Positions 1 to 8,960 of a stretch of 64,000 nucleotides of DNA are shown piece after piece. The position numbers were made by a program, and so were the translations under genes. The DNA lies in contig OY969811.1 of the NCBI GenBank assembly GCA_963703315.1, positions 384,001 to 448,000 of the forward strand. The letters run 5' to 3'. Within the stretch, counting starts at the first letter, position 1; the number at the start of each line of letters is the position of its first letter. This DNA comes from an uncultured cyanobacterium (lineage in GTDB: Bacteria; Cyanobacteriota; Cyanobacteriia; Pseudanabaenales; Pseudanabaenaceae). The notes under the pieces were generated by a model. That model ran no database searches. It was not told the DNA's origin and saw only the letters and a list, made by a program, of their open reading frames with translations.

Positions 1-28
1 CGCGAATGCAGTCATTGACTTCTGGTAA

Positions 29-1073
29 TCCCCTACTCGCTAGGGGACGCGATCGATTGAAAACCATGATTTCACCTGTAGTTTTTTAATTTCTTTCTCT
101 TCTCCTACTTGCTAGGGGACGCGATCAATTGGAAACTCCTGACGGGTATCGTTTTGAAGCTTCCACAACCATAATCTCCTACTCGCTAGGGGACGTGATC
201 GATTGGAAACGGTAAATTGCGGTGTAAACCGATAGAGAGAAATGTCATCCCCTACTCGCTAGGGGACGCGATCGATTGAAAACCATGATTTCACCTGTAG
301 TTTTTTAATTTCTTTCTCTTCTCCTACTTGCTAGGGGACGCGATCAATTGGAAACAATGTGTACAAAACCATGTTTTCACCATTACCTAATTCCCTACAC
401 GCTAGGGGGTGCGATCAATTGGAAACACTAGAACGATTGGATCGGATGTGCCAATTATTAATCTCCTACTCGTTAGGGGACGCGATCGATTGGAAACATC
501 CATGTCCATGCTTCTTGAGTCTGGAAATTATCCTCTCCTACTCGCTAGGGGATGCGATCGATTGGAAACTTCGCAATATCCTTAATGGGGTTCGTTGCCT
601 CTGTAGTGGTCTCCTACTCGCTAGGGGACGCGATCGATTGAAAACCACTTCACTGGATAAAGTTGCGATCGCGTTGGTTATTTCTCCTACTCGCTAGGGG
701 ATGCGATCGATTGGAAACTGCAACTTCATGACATCAGGATCGTATTGCTGATCTCCCCTACTCGCTAGGGGACGCGATCAATTGAAAACTGACAACGCTT
801 AATCGCTTGGTATGTTTGCTCAAAACTATTCTCCTACTCGCTAGGGGACGCGATCGATTGGAAACATAGGAGTATCAACTACAGGAGTATCAACTACAGG
901 AGTTCCCTACTCGTTAGGGGGCGCGATCGATTGGAAACATATCGGAAACACTCGTAAAAACCATGTATCCTTGCTCTCCTACTCGCTAGGGGACGCGATC
1001 GCTTGGAAACATCTCAAGCCATTGCTCAACTTCTTTATTTTCGTTAAAATACTCCTACTCGCTAGGCGATCGC
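29..1073 (+). CRISPR. CRISPR array, trailer end; consensus repeat TCTCCTACTCGCTAGGGGACGCGATCGATTGGAAAC (36 bp), probably type III-associated
   Basis: Full repeats start at 29,101,175,248,320,391,462,534,610,683,754,830,903,975; truncated repeat at 1051; spacers 35-40 nt. Repeats end in GAAAC/AAAAC and the degenerate copy is at the right, so transcription is on +. Array continues off the left edge; no cas genes in window. Confidence 0.97.
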
Positions 1074-1114
1074 TACTTATCAACCTTAAATTCAATCATA
1101 GATTAAAAACTAAA

Positions 1115-1531
1115 ATGCCAGCAAGAGATATCTATCACGATCAATGTAAAAACGCTCTAATTGCAGATGGTTGGACGATTACTCACGATCCCTTGTCGTT
1201 GAAAATTGGGAAGAAGGATATGTTTGTGGATATAGGTGCGGAGAAGTTTTTGGCGGCAGAAAAACATGGGCAGAAAGTGGCGATTGAGATCAAGAGTTTT
1301 GTGGGCAATTCAGAACTTGAAGACCTCAAAAATGCAATCGGTCAGTATGTTTTATATCAAAATGTTTTAGAATTGACTGAGCCAGATCGTAAGCTGTATC
1401 TGGGAGTACGTGAGCCTGTGTTTCATGAGTTGTTTGAAGAACCGATTGGTAAACTTTTGTTAGATAAAGGTATTGTCAATCTTCTTGTTTTTAATTCTGA
1501 ACGTGAGGTGGTAGTGAAGTGGATAAATTAG
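1115..1531 (+). CDS. xisH: XisH-family protein (PD-(D/E)xK-like)
   Basis: MPARDIYHD...GWTITHDPL...DIGAEK...AIEIKSF...AIGQY. True ATG at 1115; the upstream in-frame extension is CRISPR sequence. Confidence 0.9.
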   Translation: MPARDIYHDQCKNALIADGWTITHDPLSLKIGKKDMFVDIGAEKFLAAEKHGQKVAIEIKSFVGNSELEDLKNAIGQYVLYQNVLELTEPDRKLYLGVREPVFHELFEEPIGKLLLDKGIVNLLVFNSEREVVVKWIN

Positions 1532-1857
1532 TGGATTATCGGCAGATTATTTGTGATGTTTTGAGTCAATATTTGGATATTGATTATGCGAATGTTGATG
1601 CGAAGAATAAGGCTGCGTTTGATCGGGAGACCGATCAGTACATGATTGTTTCGGTCGGCTGGGATCGCGATAAGCGGCGGGTACATGGCTGCCTTGTCCA
1701 TGTGGAAATTATGGATGGGTTGGTGTGGGTGCAGAGGGATGGTACGGAATATGGTGTGACTAATGATTTGGTCGAAGCTGGTATTCCTAAATCAGATATT
1801 GTGTTAGGGTTTCATCAGCCTGACGTGAGGCAATATACAGGTTTTGCAGTGGCTTAA
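1519..1857 (+). CDS. xisI: XisI-family protein
   Basis: MDKL..YRQII...VGW...RVHG...VWVQRDGTEYG...GIPKSDIVLGF; overlaps xisH. Confidence 0.9.
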   Translation: MDKLVDYRQIICDVLSQYLDIDYANVDAKNKAAFDRETDQYMIVSVGWDRDKRRVHGCLVHVEIMDGLVWVQRDGTEYGVTNDLVEAGIPKSDIVLGFHQPDVRQYTGFAVA

Positions 1858-1864
1858 GTATGTA

Positions 1865-1929
1865 TCCCCTGCTCACTAGGGAACGCGATCGCCTCAAAAA
1901 AAGCAGCCCGTCAAACAGGCTGCTTTTTT
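1865..1929 (+). terminator. Degenerate CRISPR repeat (1865-1900) followed by intrinsic terminator
   Basis: tcccctgctcactagggaacgcgatcgcctcaaaaa matches the repeat at 29 in 29 of 36 positions; followed by aaaaaagcagcc-cgtcaaaca-ggctgctttttt. Confidence 0.75.
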
Positions 1930-2024
1930 GTTTGCTTACTCACTCGAACAGGCGGATGAGCTATCATTATGATCAGCAATTACGAATTTAGATCTTACTT
2001 CTTAATTTTGAGAGACAAGTAATT

Positions 2025-2684
2025 ATGGTTGCAATAGTTGAGAAAGAAAAGACTTTAAACCAGAGCATTATTCTGAATGGATGGAAAACAGCAACTTGGG
2101 AAGACTTTTTGGAAATATCTCAAGCAAAAAACAACGATAAGGCGAAATTTTACTATTTTCAAGGGAGTTACTACAGCGAAATGGGAGTTGGAGCAGATCA
2201 TGCTTTTGATAATGATTTGATTGGTTTTTTAGTAAACCTTTACTGCATGATGTGCAAAATTCCTATCAAAGGCTATACAAACTGTAGTTATCGCAAAATG
2301 GGAATACGCGAATGTCAGCCAGATATTTCTTATTATGTTGGCGATCGCACTCAGAACGCACCTCAAAGTAGCGCGATCGTCGATCTTGATGAGAGTTTAC
2401 CCCCTGATATTGTGATTGAGATTGCCGATACCTCCTTGGGCTACGATCTCGGCGCAAAGCGCTTGCTATACGAAGAAGTGCGCGTCGGTGAATATTGGGT
2501 AATCGATGTCCAGAATATGAAAATCACCGCGTTCCGTATTTTGCAGGGTTTAGGAAGCGAAAGGGTTACAGAATCCTCTGTATTAGGAGGATTACAATTG
2601 AGTTTATTAGAGGAAGCTTTGCAACGTAGCCGTGAAATAGATAATTCCCAAATTGGTTCTTGGTTTATGGATCAGTTAGGTTAG
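2025..2684 (+). CDS. Uma2-family (DUF820) endonuclease
   Basis: QPDISYY...PPDIVIEIA...KRLLYEE..V.EYWVID motifs. Confidence 0.88.
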   Translation: MVAIVEKEKTLNQSIILNGWKTATWEDFLEISQAKNNDKAKFYYFQGSYYSEMGVGADHAFDNDLIGFLVNLYCMMCKIPIKGYTNCSYRKMGIRECQPDISYYVGDRTQNAPQSSAIVDLDESLPPDIVIEIADTSLGYDLGAKRLLYEEVRVGEYWVIDVQNMKITAFRILQGLGSERVTESSVLGGLQLSLLEEALQRSREIDNSQIGSWFMDQLG

Positions 2685-2719
2685 AGAGATGGATTTTCCC
2701 TGATTGCTATTAATTTGTT

Positions 2720-2813
2720 GCGCCTAATTGCTAGGGAACGCGATCGCCTCATAAAAAAGCATTCCATCAAACAGGCTGCTTTTTTGTTGATTGATTACTC
2801 ACTCGAACAGGCG
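2720..2813 (+). repeat. Second copy of degenerate CRISPR repeat plus terminator block
   Basis: ctagggaacgcgatcgcctc...aaacaggctgcttttttgtt...ttactcactcgaacaggcg is shared with 1876-1954. Confidence 0.75.
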
Positions 2814-3021
2814 ATCGGCTGAAAAGTACCATCCAAAATCTCTGATAAAATATAGCTGATGATCGCGGTAGGCAAACTGCAAATGATGACGGTCTGACTA
2901 CTTTGAAAGATTTAGATGTTTCTGATTATCTCGGTCTAACTGGCTTGGGACTAGCGATCGCCCAAGAATTTAGCTTCTGGGCTACGGCTGTTTATTATGA
3001 TGTATCAGGAGAGGATTGATT

Positions 3022-3264
3022 ATGAAATTAGAGCGAATTACTTGCAACCCTAAGATTATGAATGGACAACCCTGCATTCGTAATATGAGGCTAACTGTAC
3101 GGCGTGTTCTTGAAGTTTTGGCGATCTATCCCGATCGCTTAGAGTTAAGGCAGGAGTTTCCTGAGTTAGAAGATGAAGATATTCGGCAAGCTTTACTTTT
3201 TACTTCTAGCTATTTGGCTGACAAAATTATCGAGTTGCGTATAAGTGATGAAACTGCTGCTTGA
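3022..3264 (+). CDS. DUF433 antitoxin-like protein
   Basis: RITCNPKIMNGQPCIRNMRLTV...FPELEDEDIRQAL; RBS aggagagg upstream of ATG 3022. Confidence 0.88.
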   Translation: MKLERITCNPKIMNGQPCIRNMRLTVRRVLEVLAIYPDRLELRQEFPELEDEDIRQALLFTSSYLADKIIELRISDETAA

Positions 3265-3616
3265 TCAGGGTTTGCCGCGTTCTGCTGCAATGTTATTGCG
3301 AGAATGTGGGTATGAGTCGTTTCATGTGGCAGATTTAGGGTTATCGGCATCGGCAGATGAAGAGATTCTAAACTGGGCGAGTCAAGAAAATTTTACTGTG
3401 GTTACGCTTGATGCTGATTTTCATGCTCTATTAGCTTTGTCAGCAGCAGATAAACCTTCTGTGATTCGGATTCGGATTGAAGGTTTGAAGGCTATACCTC
3501 TGCTGAAAATACTACAAACTGTAATCAAAAATTGTGAGACAGAAATTTTGTCTGGTGTAGCAATTACTGTAGATTCCAATCGTATTCGCGTTCGCAATTT
3601 ACCATTGTTGCCATAG
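3248..3616 (+). CDS. DUF5615 PIN-like toxin
   Basis: MKLLLDQGLP...HV...DEEIL.WA...VVTLDADF; overlaps DUF433 gene. Confidence 0.88.
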   Translation: MKLLLDQGLPRSAAMLLRECGYESFHVADLGLSASADEEILNWASQENFTVVTLDADFHALLALSAADKPSVIRIRIEGLKAIPLLKILQTVIKNCETEILSGVAITVDSNRIRVRNLPLLP

Positions 3617-3651
3617 TTATTTGATAAATGTGTATCAGGAGATGATTAATT

Positions 3652-4293
3652 ATGAGCGTTACTGTTCCGATCAAATCGATTGATCTACGACATGGTAGTG
3701 CGATCGCCATACATTCCCTGAGTTGGCGCGATTGTGAAGACATCCTGAATGAATTAGGTGAAGATCGCCATACTCGCATTGCATACTACCAAGGCACTTT
3801 AGAAATTATGTCTCCATTAGCAAGGCATGAGCGCCCCCATCGCCTCGCGGGTTATATTGTGACCACAATTTTAGACGCGCAAGGGAGAGATTGGGAAGAT
3901 TTTGGCTCAACTACCTTTTATCGAAAAGGAAGTGCTGGTGTGGAACCTGATACTTGTCTCTATGTGACTAATTCAGCTTTAGTGCGTGATTGTCAAGAGC
4001 GTATCGATGTCGATATTTATCCGCCACCTGACTTGGCGATTGAGTCGGATGTCACTTCTAAGACTTTGTTATCTGCTTACGAAGCGATCGCCGTGCCTGA
4101 AGTTTGGATTTATCGTAATGATAGCTTGAAGATATTTTTACTAACCGATGGACATTATCTAGAGTCAGAGAATAGTCTGCTTTTTCCAGATATACCAATC
4201 AAGACGCTGATTCCACAGCTTGTAAATCAAGCGATCGCGATCGGAACAAGCGCCATGTTAAGAGAGTTTCGCAAATCTCTAATAGGAGTATGA
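3652..4293 (+). CDS. Uma2-family endonuclease
   Basis: GTLEIMSP...HE...EPDTCLY...PPDLAIESD...VPEVW. Confidence 0.88.
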   Translation: MSVTVPIKSIDLRHGSAIAIHSLSWRDCEDILNELGEDRHTRIAYYQGTLEIMSPLARHERPHRLAGYIVTTILDAQGRDWEDFGSTTFYRKGSAGVEPDTCLYVTNSALVRDCQERIDVDIYPPPDLAIESDVTSKTLLSAYEAIAVPEVWIYRNDSLKIFLLTDGHYLESENSLLFPDIPIKTLIPQLVNQAIAIGTSAMLREFRKSLIGV

Positions 4294-4296
4294 AAA

Positions 4297-4878
4297 ATGA
4301 CCACAGTGATTCAAGCGCCAGTGATAGAGACAGTTACAGCGCAGCAAATGACATTGGCGGAATTTTTAGCAAGCTCTGAGTCGGATCAGAATTATGAATT
4401 TATCGATGGTCAAGCGGTGAAAAAAATGTCTCCAAAGAGATTTCATGCTGCCCTTCAGGGTGTTTTGTATCGGTACTTGGGTGATTTGTTTGAGGGTAAA
4501 GGTTATGTTTATCCTGAATGGGGGATAGTGCTAACACGCAACGATCAAGATTGGTGTCCCGTGCCTGACTTGACCTATATTTCGATAGAACGATTGCCTA
4601 GTGATGTCGGTAATGAAATCTGTCCAGTACCGCCTGAGTTAGTAATTGAGATTATGTCAGAAGGACAGACTTTTAAGGAATTTGTGGCGAAGGCAGGTGA
4701 TTATTTGAAGGCTGGGATATTGCGAGTATGGGTTATCGATCCGATGAGAAGATCTTTGACAGTGTTCTATCCCGATCGCCCACCTGAAACTTATCAAGGC
4801 GATCGCCTATTAACCGATGAGTTATTCCCAGATTTGGCAGTGACATCAGAGCAGTTTTTTGTAAAAGCAGGAATTTAA
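4297..4878 (+). CDS. Uma2-family endonuclease
   Basis: YEFIDG...MSP..FH...VPDLTYIS...PPELVIEIMS...VWVIDP. Confidence 0.88.
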   Translation: MTTVIQAPVIETVTAQQMTLAEFLASSESDQNYEFIDGQAVKKMSPKRFHAALQGVLYRYLGDLFEGKGYVYPEWGIVLTRNDQDWCPVPDLTYISIERLPSDVGNEICPVPPELVIEIMSEGQTFKEFVAKAGDYLKAGILRVWVIDPMRRSLTVFYPDRPPETYQGDRLLTDELFPDLAVTSEQFFVKAGI

Positions 4879-4897
4879 AAATTAGAGACAAGTAATT

Positions 4898-5172
4898 ATG
4901 GTTGCAATAGTTGAGAAAGAAAAAGTTTTAAGTCAAAGCTTTATTCCAAACGGATAGACAACAGCAACTTGGGAAGACTTTTTAGAAATATCTCAAACAA
5001 CAAGCAACGATAAAGCGAAGTTCTATTATTATCAAGGGCAATACTACAGCGAGAATTTTTTAAGTGCAGAACATGGAGCGAACCATTACCTAACAAGTTT
5101 TTTAGTAAACCTTTACTGCATGATGCTCAAAATTCCTCTTAGATGTCCAGCACATGAAAATCACCGCGTTCC
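4898..5172 (+). pseudogene. Uma2 pseudogene, paralog of 2025-2684
   Basis: Same leader and start (gagacaagtaattatggttgcaatagttgagaaag); TGG>TAG at codon 20 (4955); internal deletion joins ...aaaattcct to gatgtccag...atgaaaatcaccgcgttcc. Confidence 0.85.
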
Positions 5173-5261
5173 TTTTGCTCTTTTGCTTAACAAAGCAGGA
5201 CAAAGCACTGTAAGATAACAACTACACATCGGGGCATCCCATCTATGCCTGACTTTTTGCC

Positions 5262-6023
5262 ATGACGATCGCCATGACACGCAATGACGACTTAACTATC
5301 TTAGATCTTGAAGCATCTCCTCTCAGTCCATTGGATTTGCCGCCCGAAGAGGAAATGCCTCTTCCCGATCCTGATGAAATGTTAGCTCTTCTTAACTCAG
5401 AGACCATACTAGAGAGAATGCAAGCCGCTAGAGCTTTTTGTGAATTAGAGGATGAGCGAGCCATCCCCCGCTTAATTGACCTGTTGCAAGATGAATGTCC
5501 TCTGGTGCGGGTCAGCGCTGCTTATGCCTTGGGACGCAATAAAAGTGAACAGGCGATCGCCCCATTAATTAGTCAGCTTAGCCAAGATTGGAATGGCTAT
5601 GTGCGGAAGGGGATCGTCTGGGCATTAGGAACCTGTCGTGCTACCTTGGGTCTAAGACCATTAATTTCTGCTCTCAAATATGACATTACGGCAGTGCGGC
5701 TATGGGCAGCAAGTGCATTGGGACAGTTAGGGGATCTCGAAGCGATCGCGCCTTTAGTTGATGCTTTAACCGACGATCCGATGTCCGCAGTGCGGGGTAA
5801 CTGTGCATGGTCACTGGGTAAGCTGATCGTCCAGAAGCGTCGCGAATTTGATACTCAAGATGAGGTTTATCATGACGCAGTGGATGCGCTGATTAATGCC
5901 CTGAGTGATGATGACTTGAGTGTACAGACTGATGCTAGAAATGCCTTGCGGAAGCTCGGTGATCCGCGTGGGTTAAAAGTATTGGATCGGATTGAAATGG
6001 ATCAAGGCTATTGTGAGTTTTGA
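5262..6023 (+). CDS. HEAT-repeat (PBS lyase-like) protein
   Basis: Repeated VR..AA.ALG / AI.PL..AL.D units. Confidence 0.85.
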   Translation: MTIAMTRNDDLTILDLEASPLSPLDLPPEEEMPLPDPDEMLALLNSETILERMQAARAFCELEDERAIPRLIDLLQDECPLVRVSAAYALGRNKSEQAIAPLISQLSQDWNGYVRKGIVWALGTCRATLGLRPLISALKYDITAVRLWAASALGQLGDLEAIAPLVDALTDDPMSAVRGNCAWSLGKLIVQKRREFDTQDEVYHDAVDALINALSDDDLSVQTDARNALRKLGDPRGLKVLDRIEMDQGYCEF

Positions 6024-6034
6024 AAAATTGAGTT

Positions 6035-7633
6035 TTGAAAAATATAGTAAGTAACACAACAGGCAAAGTTTTTATTGTCGGCGCAGGAATTGGCGGCGTA
6101 GAATTCTTGACTGTTCGGGCTAGGGATTTGATTAGTACGGCTGAGGTAATTATTAGTGATGCGCTAGTCGATCGCAGTTTATTGGATTTGGCAGTACCTA
6201 CCGCCGATCTGATCATTGCTGGTAAACGGGGCGGACAGGAGAGCATTAAGCAAGCTGAAATCAATCAAATGCTGGTGGAGAAATGCTTACAGGGTAAGCA
6301 GGTGGTACGGCTCAAAAGCGGTGATCCTTGGATTTTTGGGCGATCGCTACCTGAGATATCCGCATTGCAAGCCGCCGATTGTGCATGGGAAGTAATTGCG
6401 GGAGTTTCCAGTGCGATCGCTGCGCCGATGTTGGCGGGTATACCACTTACGGAAGTAGATACAAGTTCTTGCTTTGCGGTGATGACAGGACATGATTTGA
6501 GTCGATTACCTTGGGAGGCGATCGCCAAAATTCCTACCTTAGTAATTTTGATGGGAACGAATAATCTGGGGGAATTGCTAGCAAAACTGAGTGATGGCAA
6601 ATCTGCGGATACAAATATTGCGATCGTGCGTTGGTGTGGACGACCTGAGCAACAGGTTTGGACAGGGACTGTGACGGATATTTCTGGAAAATTGCCCGCA
6701 GGATCGCTCTCACCATCGGTGATTATAGTGGGTGAAGTTGTCAAGTTTCATGGGCAGTTGAGTCAGGACTTGAATTTGAAGGTTGTTGCTCCGCCGAAGG
6801 CGGAGCAACAACCTTCTGTACTTCAAGAACAGGAACACTTACCATTGCAAGGCAGAACGATTTTAGTGACAAGGGCGGCGGGTCAGGCTAGCCAATTTAC
6901 AGATTTACTGATTAGTCAAGGAGCCTCAGTGATTGAGATGCCCACTTTAGCGATCGTGCCGCCGACTAGTTGGGAAATGCTTGATCAGGCGATCGCCCAG
7001 ATCTCTAATTATGATTGGCTAATTTTGACCTCTGCTAATGCCGTTGAGAGCTTTTTTGGACGCTTACGAGCATCAGGTCAAGACAGCCGTGCTTTACATT
7101 CCCTCAAAATCGCCGTAGTTGGGCGCAAGACTGCCGAAGTTCTTTCAAATTACGGAATTACGCCTGATTTAGTGCCAAATGACTTCATTGCTGATGCTTT
7201 AGTTGATGCTTTTCTGGCTATTCCCGATCATGTTTTAACTGGCAAAAGAATGTTATTTCCGCGAGTGCAGTCGGGGGGACGCGAGATTTTAGTGGAGCAG
7301 TTGCAACAACAGGGCGCAATTGTAGACGCGATTCCTGCCTACGAATCAGGCTGTCCTGAAGCGATCGATCCTGTCGCACTTGCAGCAATCCAAAATCAAA
7401 GACTAGATGCGATCGCCTTTGCTAGCTCCAAAACCGTGAAGCACTTTTGTCAATTACTGGATCAGATTGCTCCTAGACAAACTTGGCAGTCATGGATCAC
7501 CTCGGTGCAAATTGCTTCGATTGGTCCCCAGACCTCTAAAACTTGCCATGATTTGCTAGGACGAGTTGACTGTGAAGCGGTGGAATATACCCTAGAGGGT
7601 CTGGCTGAGGCGATCGGCAAAATCATTTTGTAG
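6035..7633 (+). CDS. cobA/hemD: Uroporphyrinogen-III C-methyltransferase / synthase fusion (CobA-HemD)
   Basis: GKVFIVGAG, VVRLKSGDP.IFGR; C-terminal ILVTRAAGQ, LILTSANAVE, FASSKTV, ASIGPQT. Confidence 0.92.
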   Translation: MKNIVSNTTGKVFIVGAGIGGVEFLTVRARDLISTAEVIISDALVDRSLLDLAVPTADLIIAGKRGGQESIKQAEINQMLVEKCLQGKQVVRLKSGDPWIFGRSLPEISALQAADCAWEVIAGVSSAIAAPMLAGIPLTEVDTSSCFAVMTGHDLSRLPWEAIAKIPTLVILMGTNNLGELLAKLSDGKSADTNIAIVRWCGRPEQQVWTGTVTDISGKLPAGSLSPSVIIVGEVVKFHGQLSQDLNLKVVAPPKAEQQPSVLQEQEHLPLQGRTILVTRAAGQASQFTDLLISQGASVIEMPTLAIVPPTSWEMLDQAIAQISNYDWLILTSANAVESFFGRLRASGQDSRALHSLKIAVVGRKTAEVLSNYGITPDLVPNDFIADALVDAFLAIPDHVLTGKRMLFPRVQSGGREILVEQLQQQGAIVDAIPAYESGCPEAIDPVALAAIQNQRLDAIAFASSKTVKHFCQLLDQIAPRQTWQSWITSVQIASIGPQTSKTCHDLLGRVDCEAVEYTLEGLAEAIGKIIL

Positions 7634-7819
7634 AGTTGCGCTGCAACTCTAGAGCTATAGCTCTTGGATGTCTAAAGATTACAAAAACAAGCAAATTCTG
7701 ACATTTACTAGTTTTTTTCATACAATAGATGAATAGGCTAAATAAGCACTTCTAAAATCGACACCACTTTTTTGTGAGATTAATTAGCTTAGTAGCACTT
7801 TTTATTGAGGCTGAATTGT

Positions 7820-8911
7820 ATGGAACTTGTTGCGTATCTTCACGGTGAAATGCTATGCGAACGCTTACAGCACGGAGAATCTATTGATCAGGTTTTAGAT
7901 TGCCAACTGCTTGAGGCGATCGCGAAGTCTTCCCATCATGCTAAGTCTGTGGCTTGCGTGGGACTAGCGGCGGGAATGATCGCCATTAATACGACCCCGA
8001 TCGCAGCTTTTGCCTACAGCCCTGATGTTGCTAATGTGCAGCAGCTATTAGCTAAACGCGGCTTTAACCCTGGGGCGATCGATGGCGTAAAAGGTACGGC
8101 AACCAAGGAAGCAATTATTGCCGCCCAAACATTTTATAAGCTAACTGCTGATGGTGTCGCTGGCGCACAAACTATAGCCGCTTTGGAAAATGATGGCTAC
8201 AGCGATGCAACTCAAACCATACCAACTAGCCCTAATTCATCGTCATCGGAAGCCGTAAAAAATGTACAGCAGTTGTTAAGCGCTCGTGGTTTTTATAGCG
8301 GCGCGATCGATGGTGTCAAAGGTCCCGCAACCACTGAAGCGATCATTGCCGCCCAAACATTTTATAAATTAACTGCGGATGGTGTAGCAGGAGCTCAAAC
8401 CATTGCTGCGTTGAGTGGTGATGGCTATGTTGGATCTAATGCTTCGTCCCCAGCCATATCAATTCTTCCTACATCATCGGATGCCGTCAAAAATTTGCAG
8501 CAATTACTCAGCGATCGCGGCTTTTACGGTGGGGCGATCGATGGTATCAAGGGACCGATGACCCAAGAAGCCGTGATTTTGGCTCAGAAAACCTATGGCT
8601 TAATTCCTGATGGTGTGGCGGGATCTTTGACAATTGCTGCCCTAGAAGCAGATAAGGCAGTCGGCAGTAATGTTGGCAATAATGTCGTGGCAATTAGTTA
8701 TAAGGAAAAAGCTAGCTCTACAACTGCAACCGTTGATAATGACCTCAAAAAAGTACAGGCACTTTTAAGTGAACTAAGTTTTTATGATGGCGCGATCGAT
8801 GGTGTTCAAGGTTCAAAAACCACTGAAGCAATCAAAAAAGCCCAGACTTTTTATAGCTTGCCCGTCACTGGTGTGCTTGATGCCCAGACTTTAGCTGCCC
8901 TGAAGTCCTAG
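7820..8911 (+). CDS. Secreted protein with four peptidoglycan-binding (PG_binding_1) domains
   Basis: Four V.N.QQLL..RGF..GAIDG.KG..T.EAI..AQ..Y.L..DGVAG..T..AL units after a MELVAYLH N-terminus and a hydrophobic segment. Confidence 0.85.
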   Translation: MELVAYLHGEMLCERLQHGESIDQVLDCQLLEAIAKSSHHAKSVACVGLAAGMIAINTTPIAAFAYSPDVANVQQLLAKRGFNPGAIDGVKGTATKEAIIAAQTFYKLTADGVAGAQTIAALENDGYSDATQTIPTSPNSSSSEAVKNVQQLLSARGFYSGAIDGVKGPATTEAIIAAQTFYKLTADGVAGAQTIAALSGDGYVGSNASSPAISILPTSSDAVKNLQQLLSDRGFYGGAIDGIKGPMTQEAVILAQKTYGLIPDGVAGSLTIAALEADKAVGSNVGNNVVAISYKEKASSTTATVDNDLKKVQALLSELSFYDGAIDGVQGSKTTEAIKKAQTFYSLPVTGVLDAQTLAALKS

Positions 8912-8960
8912 ACTAGAAGGGGTGTGGCTTTGCGCCGCCCTTTCTAGTAGCAAGTAATCT

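Noticed and set aside
359..1114. ORF 359-697 and the N-terminal extension 971-1114
   Set aside because: Translations of CRISPR repeats and spacers (recurring SYSLGDAIDWK).
1115..1857. fdxN excision element
   Set aside because: xisH/xisI are present but there is no XisF recombinase or interrupted gene; stand-alone xisHI pairs are common in cyanobacteria.
2858..3018. Fragment reading ...GLTGLGLAIAQ..., resembling a histidine kinase G2 box
   Set aside because: Too short, and the match is partly generated by a HIP1 site.
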